A stretch of 64,000 nt of DNA from Candidatus Micrarchaeota archaeon (GTDB lineage: Archaea > Micrarchaeota > Micrarchaeia > Micrarchaeales > CABMGC01), in NCBI GenBank assembly GCA_021852055.1, contig JAJZOD010000002.1:10536-74535 (forward strand), read 5' to 3'. Under the pieces are notes generated by a model that had not been told where the DNA came from, searched no databases, and worked only from the letters and a program-made list of their open reading frames with translations. The translations under genes and the position numbers were made by a program. Each line of letters starts with the position of its first letter. Positions within the stretch are counted from its first letter, which is position 1. Shown piece after piece: positions 57,243 to 64,000 of the stretch.

Positions 57243-58442
57243 ATGAGGATTGCAATAGTCAGCGATTTTCACTTGGGTTATGAGCGCTTCCGCGAAGATG
57301 CGTATCTCCAGGCACGCGACGCATTCGGAAAAGCATATTCTATGTCTGACATGATGATAATGCCAGGTGACATATTTGATTACAGGCATCCTAAGCCGGA
57401 CGTTATAGCCGAAGCGATAACTTTATTCAGCGAGCTTTCAAAAAAGGATTTTTCAGCACATATGGTATCATTCGAAGGCAAGGGCTCTGCATATACTGAA
57501 AAGCCCATAATCGTCATACCCGGAACGCACGAGCGCAGGTCCGACACTGCAGTGGATCCTGTCGATCTTCTCGGGCTCGCCGGCATTGTCGTAAATGTAA
57601 ACCGTGCATGTGCAATAATAGAAAAAGGCAGCGAGAGGGTTGCTGTATTTGGAATAGGTGGCGTTGCAGAAGAACGTTTCAAGGAAACAATCGCGGAGCT
57701 AGCTTTCAGGCCTGTGGAAGGCGCATTCAACATATTCATGTTCCATCAGTCGCTGTACGAACTTCTGCCGTTCAACAAAGAGTTCTTGCATATAGAAGAG
57801 CTGCCAGAGGGTTTTGATCTTTACGTTGACGGCCACATACATAACAAGGTTGAATCTAAATGCCACGGCAAGCCATTTCTGATACCCGGAAGCACAGTCC
57901 TTACGCAGCTAAAGGAAGGCGAGCAGGAGGATAAGGGATTTTTTATATTCGACACCGAGAAGATGACCTACTCTTTTCACCCCATAAATTCCAGGAAGTT
58001 CGTTATGCTAAAGATTGATGTATCCGGGCAGGATCCGAGCAAGGCTGAAGAGGAGATAAATTCAAGGATCAAAAGCACTATATCATCAAACGGCTCTGCT
58101 AAGCCTGTTATACGCATAGAGCTGAAGGGTCGCATGAAAGAGGGCTTCAAGGCGTCCGACTTGAATATAAGCAAGATGCCTGCATCATATCCAGAAGCTA
58201 TAGTCGAGATAGCACGAACCAATGTAGACGATGCGTCGTCTGCCAGGGAGATTGCCGACCTGCGCCAGGGGCTGCTCGAGAATGTGCCCATAAAGGATTA
58301 TGGTATGGCGCTGTTTTTGGACAGGTTAAAGGCAAGCAATTATTCTATGAAAATAAGCCCGTCAAAGCTTTTCGAGATATTGAGCTCGGACAGCAAGAAA
58401 GATACCGCAATAAGCAAAGCAGTTGAAGAGCTCTTTTCCTAA
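57243..58442 (+). CDS. mre11: Mre11/SbcD DNA double-strand break repair nuclease
   Basis: SDFHLG, PGDIFD, PGTHE, FMFHQ, DGHIH, PGS. Confidence 0.9.
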   Translation: MRIAIVSDFHLGYERFREDAYLQARDAFGKAYSMSDMMIMPGDIFDYRHPKPDVIAEAITLFSELSKKDFSAHMVSFEGKGSAYTEKPIIVIPGTHERRSDTAVDPVDLLGLAGIVVNVNRACAIIEKGSERVAVFGIGGVAEERFKETIAELAFRPVEGAFNIFMFHQSLYELLPFNKEFLHIEELPEGFDLYVDGHIHNKVESKCHGKPFLIPGSTVLTQLKEGEQEDKGFFIFDTEKMTYSFHPINSRKFVMLKIDVSGQDPSKAEEEINSRIKSTISSNGSAKPVIRIELKGRMKEGFKASDLNISKMPASYPEAIVEIARTNVDDASSAREIADLRQGLLENVPIKDYGMALFLDRLKASNYSMKISPSKLFEILSSDSKKDTAISKAVEELFS

Positions 58443-58453
58443 TGATCCTAAAC

Positions 58454-59857
58454 CTAAGCGACTGCCTTCTTATAATTGCCGTAATCCAGCAGGCCTTCAA
58501 GCGCTGTTGCTGCAGAGAGCGGCGAATCAAATACTGGCACTCCACCGCTTTCCATCATTATCTTATGCATCTGCGTGTATTCTGAGCCAATGCTTATTAC
58601 TATCATGGGCTTGTTTGCTGTCTGTTTTATTTTTATAAGCTCTGCCGCTACCTCCGAATCGGCACCAGGGGTCTGAAAAAGCACTATCACAGCTATAATG
58701 TCTGTGTTCTGGTCGCCTGCTACTGCTGCAATGGCGTCTCCGTATCTTTTTGAATCTGCATCGCCTGCGAGGTCAAGCGGGTTCCTTATATTTACTAGCT
58801 TAGGCATGCTGGCTGTAAGTATTTTTTTTGTTGCGCCGCTGAATTCAGCAAGTGTAAGGTGTTTTGTAGACGACACAGCATCAGCCGTAAGAACTCCAGT
58901 GCCCCCTCCGTTTGTTATTATGGCTACTCTTCCGCCTGAAGGTTCAGATTCGTATGCAAATATCTTTGAATAATAGATGAGTTCGCTTATGTCATTTGCT
59001 ATGACAAAGCCGAATTGTCTAAAGACAGCATCGTGCGCTTCGTAGCTTCCTGCAAGCGATGCAGTATGCGAGTGCGCAGCAGAAGCTCCTGCCGCAGTCT
59101 TTCCAGCCTTAAGCACGATTACCGGCTTTATCTTCGTTATCTTTTTTGCTATCTCTATGAACTCCTTTCCGCGCTTTATTCCCTCTATGTACATGACTAT
59201 GACTTTGGTCTCGTCATCATTCATAAGATATTCAAGTATATCGACTTCATCAACCTGGGCGGCATTTCCGTATGAAAAAAACTTGGAGAGTCCGAATCCC
59301 TCTCCTGATATCAGGTCAAGCACAGTGCTTCCTACTGCTCCGCTCTGTGCTACAAAACTTACGCCACCTATCTGCGCTTTGCTGAGTTTATAAGTAGGAA
59401 GGAACAGCGTGTCTACGCGCGACCTCGGATCCATAACCCCGAGGCAGTTTGGCCCAAGCATGGCAATTCCGTACCTATCCGCAATTCTTACAATCTCGTT
59501 CTGGAGTTCAGTCTCTCCGACCTCAGAGAATCCACCACTGACAACTACTGCTGTCTTGACTTTCGCCTTTCCGCACTCTTCAAGTGCTTCAGGCACCATC
59601 TGTGCGGGTATGGCTATCACTGCAAGATCTATCCTATCTTTTATCTTCATTATGCTTGTGTATACATCAATCCCTAGTATCTTGCTGCTCGCGTCTTTGT
59701 TAACTGCGTAAAGCCTGCCTGAATAGCCCCCATTTATGTAGTTCTGCAATATTATGTGCCCTACCTTCTCGGAGTCATGGGAAGCGCCTATAACAGCGAC
59801 ACTTTTCGGTTTCAGCATTGGCCCAAGGTCAAACTTCTTTCTGGAAACCATTTTCAC
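58454..59857 (-). CDS. acdA: ADP-forming acyl-CoA synthetase alpha subunit
   Basis: PKSVAVIGAS, GPNCLG, AQSGA, SYGN, SHTASLAG, NPLDL.GDA. Confidence 0.93.
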   Translation of the reverse strand: MKMVSRKKFDLGPMLKPKSVAVIGASHDSEKVGHIILQNYINGGYSGRLYAVNKDASSKILGIDVYTSIMKIKDRIDLAVIAIPAQMVPEALEECGKAKVKTAVVVSGGFSEVGETELQNEIVRIADRYGIAMLGPNCLGVMDPRSRVDTLFLPTYKLSKAQIGGVSFVAQSGAVGSTVLDLISGEGFGLSKFFSYGNAAQVDEVDILEYLMNDDETKVIVMYIEGIKRGKEFIEIAKKITKIKPVIVLKAGKTAAGASAAHSHTASLAGSYEAHDAVFRQFGFVIANDISELIYYSKIFAYESEPSGGRVAIITNGGGTGVLTADAVSSTKHLTLAEFSGATKKILTASMPKLVNIRNPLDLAGDADSKRYGDAIAAVAGDQNTDIIAVIVLFQTPGADSEVAAELIKIKQTANKPMIVISIGSEYTQMHKIMMESGGVPVFDSPLSAATALEGLLDYGNYKKAVA

Positions 59858-60474
59858 ACCAATACCCTTATGTCAACCACGTCATAGCTGGTCTCTCTTA
59901 TAATTGCTGGATTAAGGTCAAGCTCTTTTATATCCTGGTTGTCTACCAGCAGGCTGGACACTTTCAGCAACATGTCTTCCAGCATCTTTTCAGACTTGCC
60001 TTTATAGCTTATTACTCCCCCGGATCTTAGCTGTGCTATCATCTCTCTTGCATCGTATCTGCTTATAGGGCACACCCTTATTGCAAAATCCCTAAACGCT
60101 TCAACGTATATGCCGCCCAAGCCTATAAGCACGAGCTTTCCGAACTGTGGGTCATCTCTGCCTCCGAGTATTATCTCTATACCGTTTTCTGCCATCTTCT
60201 GCGCTATTATTTTATACGGCTTGATATGTTCAGCCTTCTTTTTAAGTTCTGTGTACGCTTTTGATATGCTCTCCCTTCCGGCAAGCCCGGTTTTAACAAG
60301 CCCTGCCTTGGATTTGTGCAGCTCCTTGTCTGATATCACTTTCAGCACAATGGGTTTTCCGGCGGAGAAGCCAACAGCCTCTTCAAAACTATCAACGTAC
60401 GCGCTATCTATGCTCCTTATCCCATATTTGTCAAGGATTTTTTTAGCCTTAAAATACTCCATTTGCATAAACAA
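59854..60474 (-). CDS. acdB: ADP-forming acyl-CoA synthetase beta subunit (ATP-grasp)
   Basis: PIVLKV, HKSKAG, DPQFG.LVLIGLGGIYVE, ELDLNP. Confidence 0.93.
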   Translation of the reverse strand: MFMQMEYFKAKKILDKYGIRSIDSAYVDSFEEAVGFSAGKPIVLKVISDKELHKSKAGLVKTGLAGRESISKAYTELKKKAEHIKPYKIIAQKMAENGIEIILGGRDDPQFGKLVLIGLGGIYVEAFRDFAIRVCPISRYDAREMIAQLRSGGVISYKGKSEKMLEDMLLKVSSLLVDNQDIKELDLNPAIIRETSYDVVDIRVLV

Positions 60475-60506
60475 TCAAGCCCACAATGAATCAGCTTCAG
60501 GCGCAG

Positions 60507-61250
60507 CTACGATATCCTTCTTGTCAGAACGTAAAGTACTACAAGCACTACTATCAGTATGCCTATTATGATCCACTTTTTCTTCTCGCTTTTAAGCCCT
60601 GCCTGCTGGTTCTGCTGAATCGGACTAGGCTGTGGCGCAGGCTGAGAATAAGGCTGCTGCACGTTCTGCTGCGGTATCTGCGCTGCTGATTGCGTCTGTG
60701 TCTGCTGCTTGACTACCTGTTGTGTAGTCTGCTGGGCAGCTGCCTGGATGCCTAAAGCGGGTCCTGTTGCTGCCACTGTTGCCTGCGACTGCATCGGCCC
60801 GCTTTTTGCCTGCAGAAAGCCTTTTTCCGTAAGCATAAGATCTACATTGCCGTTTTTAAGGTCATATATAATGAATCCCTGTTTGCTCTCTTTGTACAGC
60901 CTCATTGCCAAATCCCTCGAGTTTATGTTTAATGTATTCTGGAGCTCCAAAGGAAGGCGCCTGCCTCCTGAGAGCTGTTCTAGTATATGCGCATCCAGCT
61001 GGTCATACGGTGCTGATGTCTTCGATTCCGCCTCTGTGAGCAGTGCCTTGCCTGCGTCTGTTATGTTTATGCCATTCGGGCCTGGATAATAAGCAGTAAA
61101 TTCAATAAGGCCTTTCTGTTTCATAGAGCCTGCAATATTTGAGGCATCGAATATGCTTGCATTCATTATGCCACCGAGCTTTTCAAGCGGCGTGCCGGGC
61201 GTTATTTTCAGCAAAACTGCAATATCCATAAAATTTATTTCGTCTGCCAT
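60507..61250 (-). CDS. Tandem winged-helix protein with a Gln-rich linker and C-terminal membrane anchor
   Basis: Two wHTH-like units ending ITDAGK and LTEKGF; Q/P/T-rich linker; KKKWIIIGILIVVLVVLYVLTRR. Confidence 0.75.
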   Translation of the reverse strand: MADEINFMDIAVLLKITPGTPLEKLGGIMNASIFDASNIAGSMKQKGLIEFTAYYPGPNGINITDAGKALLTEAESKTSAPYDQLDAHILEQLSGGRRLPLELQNTLNINSRDLAMRLYKESKQGFIIYDLKNGNVDLMLTEKGFLQAKSGPMQSQATVAATGPALGIQAAAQQTTQQVVKQQTQTQSAAQIPQQNVQQPYSQPAPQPSPIQQNQQAGLKSEKKKWIIIGILIVVLVVLYVLTRRIS

Positions 61251-61361
61251 GTATATACCCTGTTAGGAATAGATATAAATAAATAAGAACAAATAAAAAC
61301 TATTGGTATTGCTGGTTGCATATGCATATAATAGTATAATGCTCAAAATAACAGTGATTTA

Positions 61362-62612
61362 TTGGAAATAAGATTTTTAGGAGGCGCAAGTGAAGTAGGA
61401 AGGTCAGGTATACTTCTTAAAGGAAGCAAGAAAATACTCATGGATTATGGGCTTAAGGTAAACGAGAGGCTAGAATACCCGCTGCCTGCGGGGCAGATAG
61501 ACGCTTTTATATTAAGCCATGCGCATCTAGACCACTGTGGAAATGCGCCTGCGCTTTACCATGACGGGCTTCCGATAGCATTTGGTACCTCCCCGACGCT
61601 TGACATATCAAGCCTGCTTATAGAAGATTCGATAAAAATAAACCGCCAGAACAAGACAAAAGGTCACTACAGCAAAAAAGAAGCCCAGCTTTTTTCAAGG
61701 AGCTACATGTCGTATCCATATCACACGCGCATAGACTACTCCGACTACAACATAACATTTTATGATGCCGGCCACATAGCAGGAAGCGCAGTTACAAAGC
61801 TTGAGAACAATAAAACCGGGAAAAATATAGTTTATACTGGCGACTTCAAAAGGGAGCAGCAGACTCTCCACGAGGGTGCAGAGATAGTAAAGGCTGACAC
61901 ACTGATCATAGAGTCGACTTATGGGGCAAGGGATCACCCGGACAGGGAGTCGCTGATAAAACTTTTCATATCCAATATAAAGGAGATAATAGAAAACAAT
62001 GGCACTGCGCTGCTTCCTGCGTTTGCAGTAGGCAGGTCTCAGGAACTTCTTGCCATACTGCACAAGTATAAATTATCCGGGCAGACTTACATGGACGGAA
62101 TGTCGAGAAAGGCAACAGAGATAGCTTTAAGACACAAGGAGTTTATCAAGAATGGATCACTTCTTGCAGAAGCAGTAAGCAATACTGTCCAGATAGCGAA
62201 ACCGCAAGACCGCGCTGATGCTCTTCACGGCGGCAATATAATAATAACCACTGCAGGCATGCTTAATGGGGGGCCTGTGCTTGATTATATTACTAAGCTT
62301 AACAGCAGGTCAATGGTTTTTCTTACAGGTTACCAGGCTGAAGGCACAAACGGCCGCAAGCTTCTCGATGAAAGGCCGCTTGACATAGACGGAAGGAAGT
62401 TTGCAGTAAGAACTCCCTTCGCATTTTATGACTTCTCCGCTCATGCGGGCCAGGCAGACCTATACGAGTACGTAAAGGGCGCTGATCCTGAGCGTGTTAT
62501 CTGCGTCCACGGAGATGAGGACGCTTCCCAGGCATTCAAAGAGTGGCTTGAGCTTGAAGGCTACGAAGCCTACGCTCCAAAAGTCGGCGAGAGCATAAAG
62601 ATCGATTTTTGA
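61362..62612 (+). CDS. Metallo-beta-lactamase / beta-CASP ribonuclease (CPSF-like, no KH domains)
   Basis: LGGASEVGRS, SHAHLDHCG, AGHIAGS, YTGD, ESTYG, FAVGRSQE, FSAHA, VHG. Confidence 0.93.
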   Translation: MEIRFLGGASEVGRSGILLKGSKKILMDYGLKVNERLEYPLPAGQIDAFILSHAHLDHCGNAPALYHDGLPIAFGTSPTLDISSLLIEDSIKINRQNKTKGHYSKKEAQLFSRSYMSYPYHTRIDYSDYNITFYDAGHIAGSAVTKLENNKTGKNIVYTGDFKREQQTLHEGAEIVKADTLIIESTYGARDHPDRESLIKLFISNIKEIIENNGTALLPAFAVGRSQELLAILHKYKLSGQTYMDGMSRKATEIALRHKEFIKNGSLLAEAVSNTVQIAKPQDRADALHGGNIIITTAGMLNGGPVLDYITKLNSRSMVFLTGYQAEGTNGRKLLDERPLDIDGRKFAVRTPFAFYDFSAHAGQADLYEYVKGADPERVICVHGDEDASQAFKEWLELEGYEAYAPKVGESIKIDF

Positions 62613-62761
62613 TTTATCTGCACTGCTGGATAAAGGCCTGTTGTTTATTTTATATAAAAGGTATCACCAAATTTAAAATTTAAATCCCTGTCGGCAAATG
62701 TACGATATTGTACAAAAGCGTTAAATACACTAACCCTGAAAAGACAAGACAATGTGATATC

Positions 62762-62983
62762 ATGTCAAAAAGAAAAACAGCGGAACATCATGGAACCCCT
62801 GAGTTAAGCCGAAGATCCTCCAATGCGCTACTTGCAGATGCGCTACGCGGAGCGCCATCTCTACTAAATGTTTCAACTGTTGTATATGGCATTCACAGAA
62901 AATCCGAAGAGGTCCACTGCTATCCACATGAATCCGGGATAACATACATAAGGCAAGACGCTGGAGAATTCCTGTTTGATTAA
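62762..62983 (+). CDS. Small hypothetical protein
   Basis: 73-aa ORF with GTGAT and a TTAAATA TATA-like element upstream; lies just before the IS right-end remnant. Confidence 0.4.
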   Translation: MSKRKTAEHHGTPELSRRSSNALLADALRGAPSLLNVSTVVYGIHRKSEEVHCYPHESGITYIRQDAGEFLFD

Positions 62984-62997
62984 CGCACGAATGCAAA

Positions 62998-63033
62998 GGA
63001 AGCTCACACAGTTCACTGGTGGGAGGATGTCAC
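62998..63033 (+). mobile_element. IS200/IS605 (TnpB-type) right-end remnant
   Basis: GGAAGCTCACACAGTTCACTGGTGGGAGGATGTCAC: hairpin CTCAC/GTGGG followed by AGGATGTCAC. Confidence 0.72.
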
Positions 63034-63110
63034 CAATAGCTCAGGATTAATGAAAAATAAAAGGAGCAGTGAATAAACGGGGCATATTCTGCCCCAGGTT
63101 AAAAACCAAA

Positions 63111-63464
63111 TTACATCTCTTCGTCTTCAGAAGGCTCTTCATCATCTGAAGCCTTGGCTGAAGGCCCAGAGCCCTTTCCAATAACCTCTATCTTTCCATA
63201 TTTACCTGTAGAAAGCTGAGGCGTGCCGCGGAATTCGCCGACATAGCCATTGGTTATCTTTACCTTGTCTCCAACGTTAACATTTGCTATATCATTGCCC
63301 CAGAGCGATATCGCTATAGTGCCTGTATCATCCTTGAGCACTGCATTTGCTACGTTGAGCCTCTTGCCGTACTTAGTTATGACCTCTCTAGGCTCGTCCT
63401 TTTCCGAGACCTCCGCTTCAAGCTCTACGCCTGTGGCTCCTGCTTTTAGTTCGCTTATGTTCAT
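63111..63464 (-). CDS. ssb: Single-OB-fold ssDNA-binding protein with an acidic tail
   Basis: ISELK, LKDDTGTI..SLWG, GDKVKITNGYV.EFRG..QLSTGKYG; DDEEPSEDEEM tail. Confidence 0.9.
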   Translation of the reverse strand: MNISELKAGATGVELEAEVSEKDEPREVITKYGKRLNVANAVLKDDTGTIAISLWGNDIANVNVGDKVKITNGYVGEFRGTPQLSTGKYGKIEVIGKGSGPSAKASDDEEPSEDEEM

Positions 63465-63526
63465 TGATTCACCAAAGAATATAGAAAATAGATTCTATAA
63501 GTAAGCTTTTACAATAAGAAAATATA

Positions 63527-63847
63527 TTAATGTTTGTCTGGTTCCAAGGAATACTGCTTTGCGCACTCTTTAAGGGTTTTCAGTGTTCCTGAAATCTTTA
63601 TCGTTCTAAAGCCTATGCCCTGTACATGTGCAAAAGAAAGGGCTAGAACAGCGTTCTTTTCAAAGCCCCTATTTACCCTTACGGCAAAAAGCCTGCCATA
63701 TTGCGCAACAACCTTTGGAGATGCATTTGTGTAAGTTATCTGCCCCAGTATCCTCAGGAGCTCTGCCTCAAGCATGGTAAAAATCTGCCTTGCTTCTGTG
63801 GAAGAGGGTTCTACAAGTATATATCTGCTCTTCCTTTTAGTTATCAT
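63527..63847 (-). CDS. rnp2: RNase P subunit Pop5/Rpp14
   Basis: RKSRYILV, VRVNR, ISGTLKTL. Confidence 0.8.
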   Translation of the reverse strand: MITKRKSRYILVEPSSTEARQIFTMLEAELLRILGQITYTNASPKVVAQYGRLFAVRVNRGFEKNAVLALSFAHVQGIGFRTIKISGTLKTLKECAKQYSLEPDKH

Positions 63848-64000
63848 CTAATCACCTATACTGCCCAGCATCGCCTTTGCCTCTGTTTCGTTGGCGCCCA
63901 GGAACCTTGCAAGTTCAAACATCTGCATTGAAGACAAGAGCCCATTATCACCATCTGCAAGGCTTATTATAGCCATTTCAGCTCCAGATTTCTTGCTATA
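63848..64000 (-). CDS. rnp3: C-terminus of RNase P subunit Rpp30 (partial)
   Basis: Manual translation YSKKSGAEMAIISLADGDNGLLSSMQMFELARFLGANETEAKAMLGSIGD*; directly upstream of pop5. Confidence 0.65.
   Translation of the reverse strand, partial: YSKKSGAEMAIISLADGDNGLLSSMQMFELARFLGANETEAKAMLGSIGD

Overview
Chromosomal segment of a DPANN archaeon, most likely Micrarchaeota (ARMAN-2-like). This is inferred from the archaeal information-processing genes, split RpoB and RpoA, GGTGA-type ribosome-binding sites and tRNAs with T-loop introns. Most of the window is core genome: cdc6, the proteasome/exosome operon, hisS, trpS, rpoH-B''-B'-A'-A'', metG, mcm, glyA/folA/thyA, grpE-dnaK-dnaJ, the rpoD-L18e-L13-S9-rpoN-S2 cluster, mre11, acdAB, ssb and RNase P proteins. 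Four tRNAs are present. The most notable items are: (1) an accessory locus after rpoA'' (22.6-29.4 kb) where a membrane-anchored ArsR-type regulator carries an extracellular domain resembling the repeat domain of the two large surface proteins downstream; those proteins share a near-identical 1.2-kb tract, and all four proteins of the locus end in a Pro-rich tail; (2) a tRNA-Pro with an A34 (AGG) anticodon; (3) scattered IS200/IS605-type end remnants, including a ~100-bp mini-element in two copies; (4) a tail-anchored tandem winged-helix protein and a CheD-like protein lacking catalytic residues. No CRISPR array, rRNA, integrase, reverse transcriptase or intact transposase was seen. All calls come from reading motifs by eye; no database searches were run.
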